64,000 nucleotides of DNA from Chiloscyllium plagiosum (taxonomy: Eukaryota), in assembly GCF_004010195.1 (NCBI RefSeq), contig NC_057718.1:70453025-70517024 (forward strand). The letters run 5' to 3'. Below are positions 12,370 through 23,699 of this stretch, one piece after another. The notes beneath the pieces are model-generated. The model did not search any database. It was given only the letters and a program-made list of their open reading frames with translations, and was not told the origin of the DNA. The first letter of the stretch is position 1, and each line of letters starts with the position of its first letter. A program made the position numbers and the translations under genes.

Positions 12370-12590
12370 GATGAAAATAGAAATTGCTAGAAAAGCTCAG
12401 GTGTGGCAGCATCTGTGAGGAGAAATCAGAGTTAACATTTCAGGTCGAATAGCTCTTCCTCAGAACTCAGTTAAATATTAAAATGTGAAACATTAATGAT
12501 TTCTCTCCACAGATGGCATCACACCTGCTGAGCTTTTCCAGCAATTTCTATTTTCGTCTCAGATTTACAGCACCCACAGTTCTTTCAGCT
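12370..12590. mobile_element. Inverted pair of family B pLTR fragments with decayed hammerhead
   Basis: 12370-12442 is an imperfect reverse complement of ~12486-12558; minus-strand GAGTT-CTGAGGA-A-GAGCT..GACCT-GAAA-TG-TT-AACTC at ~12429-12468. Confidence 0.75.
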
Positions 12591-12594
12591 TAAT

Positions 12595-13570
12595 AATTGG
12601 ATGTAACATTGGCTTGATGGTAGGAGACAGAGTGTGGTGGTTTCTCAGACAGTAAGCCTGTGACTAGCAGTGGTCCACAAGGATCAGTGGTGGGTCTGCC
12701 TGTTGTTAATATGCATATAAACAATTTGATGAGAATTTAGGAGGCATGGTTGGTAAGTTGGTGGATGGCACCAAATTTGGTGGCATAATGGACAGTGAAG
12801 AAGGTTATCTAAGATTAAAAAGGAATCTTGACCAATTGAGCCAATGGTCTGAGCTATGGTAGTTGGAATTTAATTTGAATAAATGTGACAAATTGTATTT
12901 TGGTAAAACTAACAAGGGCAGGACTTACAGGGTTAATGGCAGAGTCTTGGATAGCATTGTCAAACAGAAATCTAGTGATTTAGGAACATAGCTTAGCACA
13001 CTTGCCTCCATTGCTCAGACCTTTGATGTCACATTGAGGTTGTACAGGATGTTGTTCACACTACTTTCAGAGTACTATGTATAGTTCTGGTTGCCCTGCT
13101 ATAGGAACAATATTTAATTGGAGAGGGTTCTGAAAAGATTTAAGGATATTGCCAGGAAGGGAGGATTTGAGTTATAAAGAGAGGCTGGAGAGGCTGAGAT
13201 TTCTTTTCACTGGAGCGTAGGAGGTTGAAGGGTGACCTCACCGAGGTTTATAAAATCACAAAGGGCATAGATTAGATTAGATTACTTACAGTGTGGAAAC
13301 AGACCCTTCAGCCCAACAAGTCCACACCAACCCACCCCCACTCCCCTACATTTACCCTTGCACCTAACACTATGGACAATTTAGCATGGCCAATTCACCT
13401 AACCTGCACATTTTTGGACTGTGACCCATGCAGACACGGGGAGAATGTGCAAACTCCACACAGTCAGTCGCCGAAGGCAGGAATTGAACCCGGGTCTCTG
13501 GCACTGTGAGGCAGCAGTGCTAACCATTGTGCCATCGTGCCGCATAGATAAGGTGAATAGCGAAAGGTCA
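12595..13570 (+). mobile_element. CR1 LINE RT/3' fragment interrupted by a SINE
   Basis: Decayed PQGSV.G, SKL.DGTKFGG and LEFNLNKC motifs; resumes after the SINE. Confidence 0.85.
13269..13543 (-). mobile_element. HE1-like SINE
   Basis: Reverse complement of the 9871 consensus; (AGATT)n tail; GCATAGAT on both sides (TSD-like, overlapping the element ends). Confidence 0.93.
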
Positions 13571-13603
13571 TTAAGTTCAAAGTTAAAAGATATAGTAAGG
13601 AGA

Positions 13604-14295
13604 GTTAAAAATCGCACAATGCCAGGTTATCTTCCAACAGGTTTATTTGGAAGCATTAGCTTTTGGAGAGCTGCTCCTTCAGCCGTTGATTGTGGAGTAT
13701 AAGATTGTAGGACACAGAATTTATGGCAAAAGTTTACAGTGTGATGTAACTGAAATTATATACTGAAAAAGACCTGGATTGTTTGTTAAGTGTCTCATCT
13801 TTCAGAATGAATACATTGCTTTCAGTTTTCATATGTAAATCCCAGAACTTTTTAAAAATTACATTCTCAAGTGAACTTTAACAATTGGTGTCATGTCAGC
13901 CCAGATAATGCACTGAAGGTGTGAGGTGCCCTGCGTGAGACTGTCTGTGCCACAATGTTCAGACTGATTCTAATCTAAAAATCAGATTTACAGAATCTTA
14001 CATGGATTCATGTAAGTTTTTGAGCAAAATAAAATGTATGTGTGTGTGCGCATGTGCGCGTGTGTTTAGGGGGGGTATGACTATCAGTGAGAGAGTGTGT
14101 GTATATATATGTGTGTGATTGTGAGTATAAAGGGGTATAAGTCTGTCAGAGGGTCTGTGTGTGCGTGTGAGTGTGGGACTGTATATATGAGCATATGAGA
14201 GACAGCTTGTGTATGAGAGAAAGTCTGTATGCGTGTACGGGTCTGTAGAAGTGTGTGTGTGTGTCTGTGTCTCTGTGTGTGTATTCCCTGAGATG
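13604..14295 (-). mobile_element. Non-coding family C element (longer parent of the 46149 insertion) with decayed hammerhead and (TG)n-rich tract
   Basis: 13604-13697 aligns with 46149-46244; minus-strand CTGAAGGAGCAGCTCTCCAAAAGCTA is a decayed core; low-complexity TG tract ~14035-14285. Confidence 0.7.
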
Positions 14296-14309
14296 GGGAA
14301 TTGGAGAAA

Positions 14310-16803
14310 CAAGTGTTAGTTACTGCCCCGCAGAGTGAGAACTCAAATCCAGATGTCGTGGAGTTTGGTGTACCTCAAAATACGTTAAACAATGAGGAAA
14401 TCCTTGAGGAATGGGATAGGTGAGTGAACTATCTGTCTCAGGAGCAAAGAACCCAGTTGAAAGATTTGTTGCAGCAGTACGAGGATGCAGGAATAAAATG
14501 CGGAAGACTAATACTATTGTGCATGAGGTGGAAGAAGGGAATGGTGTTCCGATAAAAAAAACACTCCTACAGATGTAATCCTTCCAAAGCCACATAGGTC
14601 CAGAAGGAAGTGGATGCAATGCTCAATGAAAATATCATGAATCAAGTCACAGTGAGTGGAGTTTACCAATCGTGTTAGTTCCCAAATCTCACTAGACTCA
14701 ATTATTTTGTCTGGACTATCAGAAGGTCAATGCAGTAATAAAATCAGACTCATGCCCAATACCAAGATTGGAGGATTGTGTAGAGCAAGTTGGATAAGCC
14801 AGTTATATCACAAAGTAAGACTTAGTGCATGGTTATTGGCAGATACCTGTATCAGAGAAAGTGTGTTTGTAACTCCAAATGGGCTACATCAACTCAAAGT
14901 GATGCCTTTGGAATGAAGAACACACCAGCCATATTCCAAACACTCACGAACAGAGTTGTGGCTGAATTAACAACTGTGCACTTTATTTGGATGACGTAAT
15001 GATCTTTAGCGAGTCATGGAAAGATCACATGGTACATTTGGTAGAGCTCTTTGAACAATTACGAGAAACAAAACTGATAATAAACTTAAAGAAAACTGAA
15101 TTCACAAAGGCAGAGGTGACTTTCTTGGGACATAACATCGGTCATGGAAGGTTGATCCCAAAGAATGCCAAACAAATGCCATCAAGGAATTTCCATGACC
15201 AACCTCAAAGAAAGAAGTGCTTCAATTTTTGGGACTAAGTGAATTTTACTGTAAGTTTGTTCCAAACTTCAGCAGCATGGTGGCACTGCTAATAGATTTA
15301 CTGAAGAAGAACACAACATTTTGGTGAATAGAACAATGCCAGGAAGCATTTGAGAATTTAAAGGTAGCATTAACCACTGCACCAGTTTTAGCTACACCAA
15401 ATTTTTTGAAAGCATTCAGAGTTGCAATTGATGCTAGTGATAAAGGAGTTGGAGCTGTACTGCTACAGGAAGATAGGAGAAAGTGAGGACTGCAGATGCT
15501 GGAGATCAGAGCTGAAACTGTGTTGCTGAAAAAGCGCAGCAGGTCAGGCAGCATCCAAGGAACAGGAGAATCGACGTTTCGGGAGATGATGATGGAATTG
15601 AACAACCAATTGGATACTTTTCAAAGAAACTCAACACCCACTAGAGAAAATACGCTACCATGGAAAACGAATTATTGAGTTTGGTACCAGCCTTGCAACA
15701 GTTTAATGTTTACGTGATGAACAATGTGTTGGAGACAACTGTGGACCCGGATCACAATCCTCTTACAGTCTTGGAACAATTTAAAACAACAACATGAGAC
15801 TGTTTCATTGGAGTATATGTTACAGACATTTAATTTACAATTTTCATGTTGCAGGTCGTAAAAATGTGATAGCAGATGCTTTATCATGGATTTAAAGGAT
15901 AAGATTGGACAGATTCCAAGGTTATATATATGTGTGCAGAAATTAATATGAATTTAGATTAATGTCTTTTGTACTTCGTTGTAATGGGATTAAGAAACAG
16001 GAAAAAAAAGAAACCATCTTTTCATTATGAAGTGGGGAGGTGTTATGAAGTTGAAGGCGTGTCTTGTACCTTAAAGAGAGAGTGAATGCTGTTTGCGCTG
16101 AGAGCTTACAAGCACCTGTCATATGACTAACCAGCAGTCCCAGAATATACTGGAAAATTGAAAATACATTTGGCTGTGAAATAGATACATGAGATGGTTG
16201 CTGTTTTGACAACTTGAACTTAACCAATCAGTTTAAATTATGCCTCAGGATACTAAAACCCAATCGAGTTTAAATATATTGTTTTGCCAACCTTGAATCA
16301 ATGAGACAATCCAATGTGTGGGGTATTAAAAAAGACAGGCATTTTGAAAATCAGAGAGAGTAACTGCCATCAATAGAGTAACTACCATCAAAACACTCTC
16401 TATCAAAGATACCTTTACATTTGAAAAATACTCGCAGTAAAAGAAAGATGACGACCCAGGGAGATCTTCAGCTGGAAGACAAACACTGACAACAGCCACA
16501 TGTGCTTTTGAAATTAAGTTGAGGTAAGTTTAATAAGGGTTTTTATTGGAACAATATATTGTCATAGAGTTGGAGGCAGATAATAAGCAGTTAAGAGAAA
16601 GGGAGGCTTAGAGTTGTGAATAGTTGTTGTTTAATGTGCACTTTTTGAGTTAAAAAATTTATTTTATTGATTTGATTTTATTTTCTTTAAATAATGGAAT
16701 TTGGGAGTTTCTGTCAGTCATATTTTAACAGGTCATGAAGCGAGGTGAGCTTTCCTGGGTGGTTGGTGTAATTAACAGAAGGGTTCACCGCCGTTTCATA
16801 ACA
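14310..16803 (+). mobile_element. Gypsy-superfamily LTR element, Gmr1-like (RT-RH directly followed by PPT and 3' LTR), decayed
   Basis: FVTPNGLHQLKVMP, YLDDVMIFS, AIDASDKGVGAVLLQ, NVIADALS then stop ~15895; PPT GAAGTGGGGAGG; LTR 16041-16803 with 9-bp terminal inverted repeat TGTTATGAA...TTCATAACA. Confidence 0.85.
15475..15583 (-). mobile_element. Family A pLTR mini-insertion, 5'-truncated within hammerhead stem II
   Basis: Minus strand starts CCC-GAAA-CG-TC-GATTCTCC; interrupts RNase H between LLQED and DDGIEQPIGYFSKKL. Confidence 0.85.
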
Positions 16804-18950
16804 ATAGGGCTCGGGATGGTATTAGCTCATAGATGGCCTAATGGAGAGGTATGCCCATTCACTTATGTATTCAGGGCTTTCACTAATACAAAGTGTAAAT
16901 CCATCCAGATAGATAAAGAAGGAATGACAATCATATTTGGAGTCAGGAAAATCCACAATTCCTTTATGGATGAAGATTTGTAATTATCATGGACCATGGT
17001 CTGTTTAAAGAGGACAAGGCAGTGCTGCCTATAGCTTCAGGCCACATTCAGTTGTGGTCTCTAATACTAACTGCTTGTAATTATAAGTTACAACATCATC
17101 AAGGAGGTCAAGTAGCAAATGCGGATGCATTGAGCCACCCTGCATAAGCAGATACACCATCAATAACACATCCAAAAGAAAAGTCTGTACTGATATTAAA
17201 TTTTCTGTACACACTTCCAGTCACAGCTAACAATATCAGACCTTGGAGACAAGACGATCCAATCCTTTCCAAACTGCAATGACTAATATTAATGGAGGGG
17301 GGGGTGGGGGGGGGTGGTGGGGCGGGGGGGAGGNNNNNNNNNNNNNNNNNNNNNGTGGTGGTGGTGGTGGTGACAGGGGAAGCTGAAGGGCCATCAGAAC
17401 TGGAATTGAAACCTTTTTTGACCTAGGCACACCAGTTCATGGTAGCAGTATTGTTATGGGGAGCAAGAGTAATTACCCCAAGCAAAGGTTGCTGTCAAAT
17501 ATTGGCTGAATTCCACCAGGGTGATCCAGGGGTCTCCAAAATGAGTGAGATATTATGTCTAGTGGCCAGGCTTGGATGTACATATAGCTGCATTAGTGGG
17601 ATAGTGCCCAGAGTGCCAACAAGGACAAAATTACCACTAGCAGCCCTCCCAGATCTTGGGGAGTGGCTGGATAAACCTTGGACTGAGTTGCACATCGACA
17701 GTGCAGGTTCTTTTAGGGGTTCAATTTTCTTACTGATTACAAATGCCCACTCAAAGTGGTTGGATGTACGTAGTATCCATACATCAAACACAGGGATGAA
17801 AAACTGCCTGCATCCTTTGCAACACATGGAGTTCCAGAAGTGTTGGTCACAGATAATGGGTCATTGTTTACAGCAGAGACTTTGGTTATTTCTTAAAGTT
17901 GAAGGGGATTCAAAATAAAATGGCAGCTCCATACGACCCAAGGTCCAATGACCTGGCAGAAACAGAGGTCCAAACTTGAAGGCTGGATTGAAGAAATAGT
18001 GTACATCATCATTAGATACCATTCTGTCACAATTATTATTTGATTATTGGACCACTCCATATGCAACTACAGGGATAGTACCGGCTGGGTTGTTCATGGG
18101 TAGAAGACTCTGCTCCAAGTTATCTAATATTCCAAAACTTGGAGGGGAAGGTGAAATGGCATCAGGAACTCCAATGCCAGACTCAAGACTCTGCCAGGTG
18201 AGAGAGGCAGTTTGATACAGGGGACAAGGTTTAGTATAAGAATCATGAGTAAGAGACATGGTCGCGCAAGATCAGGACCAGTGATATATTAAGTTTGGGT
18301 AGTTGCAAAGATCCTGAATAAGCATCTGGACCATATGAAAGATGCAAATTCTCAAACAGTGCAGGGGCAAAACACGCCCTGCCCATTGGAGCCTTCGCAA
18401 ATGCTGCCAGAACCCATGAATTCGCCCTCTCAGTCAATCATTCTCGAGTCCTTTGGATCAATGATGGAAGTAATGGAAGTAGCCTTTGATGCCAGAAAGA
18501 AAGTGAAATTTTATCGAGGTGTACCTGGTGCAAAAGGTGAGTTCTGGTGTGTTACACGTTGTCGATGTTGGATGCCAAGTTGGAGGAACCTGATTAGATT
18601 ACTTACTTACAGTGTGGAAACAGGCCCTTTGGCCCAATAAGGCCACACCAACTCTCCGAAGCGAAACCCACCCAGACCCATTCCCCTACACCTAACACTA
18701 CGGGCAACTTAGTATGGCCAATTCACCTGACCTGCACATTTTTGGATTGTCGGAGGAAACCGGAGCACACCCATGCAGACACGGAGAGAATATGCAAACT
18801 CCACACAGAGAATCGCCTGAGGCTGGAATTGAACCTGGGTCTCTGGCGCTGTGAGGCAGCAGTGCTAACCACTATGCCACCGTGTCGCCCATGAGGCTAA
18901 AACGCCCCAGGAGGCTCTGCAAGAGGAAGAACTCATTGTTCCATACCCTG
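16804..18950 (+). mobile_element. Gypsy internal fragment (RH-INT), same family as 4415-9045; contains G-rich tract and 21-N gap
   Basis: KPWTELHIDSAGSFRGSIFLLITNAHSKWLDV integrase motif; IQIDKEGMTIIFGVRK RNase H motif; Ns at 17334-17354. Confidence 0.88.
18592..18890 (-). mobile_element. HE1-like SINE
   Basis: Reverse complement of the SINE consensus with A/B boxes and (AGATT)n tail. Confidence 0.93.
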
Positions 18951-21400
18951 GAAGTCCAAACACATCTAGCTTGGAATAGTTTAAATTGCTTAGCAACAGC
19001 CAAATCAGAACCAATCAAATGGACATCTGGTTAAATGGTCATTCGGTTCTAATGGATGTCGATACCAATGCAGCCTTTTTGGTGATTGCAGAACCAGAAT
19101 TCACTCTGGATTCCAACCCTTAAAGCTGTGAAAGACCTAGGCTTGATTGAGAACCTATACTGGGGAACCTTTACAGATTAACAGTACAACTTTGTTTCCA
19201 GTCTCTTATGAGAAGGAGATCATTCAGTTACCAGTGATTGTAGTAAAAGACTCGGGTCCAAGCTTGATGGGATGATATTGGTTGAGAAAGATTCACCGAG
19301 ATTGACTCTAAGTTAGAAAATGACTGCCCGAGTGAAGTCATAATTAAACACTCAGAAGGTTTTCAGGAAAGACTATGGACTATCAATGGAGCCAACTTTT
19401 CATGTTGACCAGGAAACAATTCCACAATTCTGCAAGGTCTGCCCAATGTCATTTGCTTTAGAGGCAAAAGTAGAGGCAGAAATCAAGACTAAAGGTGAAG
19501 GAATCATCAAACCAGTCCAGTTTGGGGAACAGGCAGCACCAGTCAGACAAATTCTGAAGCCTCGTGGATCGGTTCACCTTTGTGGAGATTTCAAACAAAC
19601 GATAAACCACTTTTTGTAGCCTCATAAATACCCAGTTCCTCACAAAGCTGGTTGGGGAGCTGTTCTTCAAGAAGCTGGTCATGAGCCATGTATACTTGCA
19701 ATTGCAATTAGATGAGGATTCCCAGAAGTATGCTACTCCCATAAGAGTTTGGTAGTATGAGACTACCTTAGGAGTATCATGGAGAAATTTTAGAAGGTCT
19801 ACCCAGGTTACCATTTATTTATATGACTAATAACAAGGAAGACCAAAAAGTGTGATTAAAGGACATTGTGGTTCTTGTACAGAAAAATGGTTCTTGTACA
19901 GTCCTCCCAGGTGGTTGTACACCTGTGAAGGGAAAAATGTATGTTCTATGCACCCCAAGTGACATACTTGGGCTACAGAGTGGATAAGACTGGGTTATAC
20001 CCATTGGAAGATTAAGTGAGGGTGATCAAAGCTTTCACATCTGTACTGGAGCTTAGATCTTTCCTTAGGCTGGTGAGTTATTTTGGAAAATTTCAGACAT
20101 AAACAGGCTTCCATCCAGGTACCTTTGCGTCAACTCTTAAAAAAGGATCAGCCTTGTAATTGGTCATGTTGCCAGGGAAGTGAAGAAGCAGCTATCGTCC
20201 AAGTGAGATCTAGGTATTGACTCACAATGACTCCCCATATGGCATCAGAGTAGTATTAGTTCATAGGTGACCCAACACAGAGGAATGCCCATTAGCATGT
20301 GCATCCAAGATTTTATCTAATACAAACCATGAAAACACTCAAATAGAGAAGGAAGGTTTGGAATATTTGGAATCAGGAAGTTCCATCATTGCATTTATGT
20401 ATATAAATTTTTAATAATAATAGACCACAAACCCTCGCTAGGTCTAGTTAAAGAGGATGAGATAGTGTCATCCACAGGTTCAGGCCAAATTCTGTGGTGG
20501 ACACAAATTCTAAGTGTGTGTAATTACAAGTTGGAATACCTTCTGGGAGGAGAAAGTGAGGACTGCAGATGCTGGAGATCAGAGTCGAAGAGTGTGGTGC
20601 TGGAAAAGTGCAAAGTTGGAGAGTTGAACCTGGGATGAGGTGGGGGGAGGGGAGATGAAATCAACATTGATCCCATATGGTTGGAGGGTCCCAAGATAGA
20701 AGATAAGGCGTTCTTCCTCCAAGTGTCAGGTGGCTAGGATTTGGAGGTCCTAGCTTGTTCTTGGCAGAGTGGGAGGGAGAGGTGAAGCTATTGGCCAAAG
20801 GGCAATAGGGTTGTTTGGTGCTTGTGTCCTGGAGATGTTCTCAGAAATGTTTATTTCAGGTATGTAGACCGTATGAAAGCAGCAAACTTGCGAGCAGTGT
20901 GGGAGCAAATCATGCCCGGCTCCTTGACTGCCTTTCTGACTGTTCCAAAAACTCCCTTTCCATAAAGCATGAAGGTACCACAGAATCTCAGATGTCACCT
21001 GAAGAGGAGAATAAATGTCTCCTGTGATGCTTCTGGCATAAAAGGCAAGGCACTGTGCATTACATGCCCCCATATCAGATGTACAGTTGGAGGAACCTGA
21101 CCTGGTGCTGAAACGTTCCAAGAAGACCTACAAAGAAAAGAACTGGCCTATGTCCTCAGACTCAGAGGGGCACGGATGTAGTGATTGTAAAAAATTCAAC
21201 CAGGGGATCTCGTAGAATACGAGTTCCTTTGGGCTGTTAATCTGGTCCAATGGAGTCTTGGCTGACATTTATAAACAAAAGTGCCAGGGGTTCTGTTAAC
21301 TCTGAGAACTGACTCCAAGGAAGCTAGATCAGTGTCAAGGACTCTCCACATGTAAATAAAGGTGACTTGGTGATGGGCCAGTCTCTGTGAAGCTATTTTA
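18950..21400 (+). mobile_element. Gypsy copy (PR-RT-RH, integrase missing, 3' region, PPT, 3' LTR 21177-21400)
   Basis: LNGHSVLMDVDT protease-like; KPRGSVHLCGDFKQTIN RT; LTR starts TGTAGTGATTG after a purine tract, contains AATAAA, homologous to 4415-4650. Confidence 0.88.
20548..20850 (-). mobile_element. Penelope-like 3' fragment (GIY-YIG C-terminus plus partial pLTR)
   Basis: Reverse complement matches 63590-63850 (GGAGGAAGAACGCCTTATCTTC) and the family A 3' end CAGCATCTGCAGTCCTCACTTTCTCC. Confidence 0.85.
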
Positions 21401-21404
21401 ATCA

Positions 21405-23245
21405 GCCCATCTGACCAGCCGAACTAATACTTACTGTAAACCAAGGCTATCCTCCATACTGTTTACCATCCCACCAATTCTTGGATCATCTGAAAATCTA
21501 CTAGTCAATCCTCCTATATTCAAATCTAAATCATTTATATTAGCCACAAACAGCAAGGGCCTCAACACTCAACACCTGTGGGACCCCACTGGACACAGGC
21601 TTCCAGTCACAAAAACACTCCTCAACCATCATATTGTGCCTCTTGTGGCTTGGTCCGTGTTGATCCAATTTGTCAAGTGTCCTTGGATCCCATGCACTCT
21701 TACTATTTCTTGCAGTCTACCATATGAGATCTTATCAAAAGTCTTGCTGAAGTCCAAGTAGCTGACAATGAATGCATTATCCTCATCTATCCTCCTGGCA
21801 TCTTCTTTGAAAAGTTGGTTGAACATAACCGCTCCTTAACAAAACGTATTGACTATTCTTGATTAATCATTGCCTCTCCAAATTAATTCTGTCTCTCTGA
21901 ATTGCTTCCAATAGTATCCCCACCACCAAAGGGCAGCACGGTGGCATTGTGGTTAGCACTGCTGCCTCATAGTGCCAGAGACCTGGGTTCAATTCCTGCC
22001 TCAGGCAACTGTCTGTGTGGAGTTTGCACATTCTCCCTGTGTCTGCGTGGGTTTCTTCCAGGTTCTCTGGTTTCCTCCCACAGCCCAAAAATGTGCAGGT
22101 TAGGTGAGTTGGCCATGCTAAATTGCCCATAGTGTAGGGGTAAATGTAGGTGAATGGGTCTGGGTGGGTTGCTCTTTGGAGGATCGGTGTGGACTTGTTG
22201 GGCCGAAGGGCCTGTTTACACACTGTAAGTAATCTAATCTAATCAAAGTTAATCTGACCAGCCTATAGTTTTCTGGTTTATCCCATGCTCTCTTCTTGAA
22301 TAATGGTATCACAATGACCCATCCAGCACCTCTCTTGTGGCCAGAGAGAAATTGAAAACATTTGCAAGCACCCCTGTTATTTTCTCCTAGCCTCATTCAA
22401 CAACCTGGGATATATTTCAGTCAGAATTGGAGATTTATCTACTTTAAGTATGCCAGACAAATCAGAACCTTCTCTGTCTATGCTAATTTCCTTAATTGTA
22501 TCCCAGACCTTTTCCCTAATTTTGATACCCACGTAATTCATCTCACTAGAGAACATCAACCCAAAGTATTCAAAAACCCTACCTACATCCTTTGGCTCCA
22601 AGCACAAATTACTGCTGTGGTCTTTAATGGGTCCAACTCTTTCCCTTATTATTCTCCTATCCTTAATGGATCTGTAAAACAATTTAGGATTTTATTTTAT
22701 TCTACCTGCCAGTATCCTTTCATTTATCTGTCCTAATCACCTTCTTTAAGTTCTCTCTTGCATATTCTTTACTCCACTAGGACTTTAACGGTTTTGAGCC
22801 CTTGATATCTGCCTGAACCCTCTCTTTTTCTGTTAATTCAATGCTGTATAACCCTTATTATCTAGGGTTCACCAGATTTGATGGTCCCACCTTTTTTTCT
22901 TTATTGGAACATGGTGGTCCTCTATTCTCTACATTTCCTTCTTGAACACATTGCACTGTTCTGAGACCTGAAAGTATCGGCTCCCAGTTCAGCCTCACCA
23001 AAAAATATCTGATCTTATTAAAAACAGCCTTTCCCCAGTTGAGAACTTTGATTTCAGGCCCATCCTTATCCTTTTCCACAACAATCTTAAATTTAACAGT
23101 GTTATGATCTCTGTCTGCAAAATGCGTTTTTACTGACACTTCAACCAATTGCCCAGTTTTGTTACCTACGATTAAATCCAGGACTGTACTCTCTATTTTT
23201 GGCCGTCTATGTACTGGCTTAAAAGCTGATCTGGATATATTTCAA
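21405..23245 (-). mobile_element. CR1 LINE ORF2 fragment
   Basis: DRDHNTVKFKIV, RERVGPIKDH, KVDKSP, YLDFSKTFDKI motifs on the minus strand. Confidence 0.9.
21931..22244 (+). mobile_element. HE1-like SINE nested in CR1
   Basis: A/B boxes and (AATCT)n tail. Confidence 0.93.
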
Positions 23246-23699
23246 GACACATATCTGCTCCTCAGCCTGTCAGGGGACTTGTAATGCACGAATATACAGA
23301 AATTAATCATAAACTAAACTGAGAGTGATTAATGATTCTTATAAATTTGGAGGAACTGGGAGGAGCTTCTGTAGATTGCATATTCAGCTATGCAGGTTTA
23401 AGACTGAAGTTAACTAGAATGACAAGAATCCATCTGGCAGAACACGCATTAATAACAACACTATATTGTCTTGTGGCATCACCACACAGCCTAATACATG
23501 TTCCCTTTTGCTTCAATGTATCCAAGAAGTGAAACCTGTTTAGATATTGAAAGAACAGCAAGAGGATAGTGAAGATAAAGACACATTATCACTTGATTCC
23601 ACAGTTACGAGGTCAAACACTGGCACTGTACTTAAGTTAGATTAAAGCAGTGAAGTGAAATCTACACACGGTGAGTTATTGGGAACAAGTGTTGGGAAC

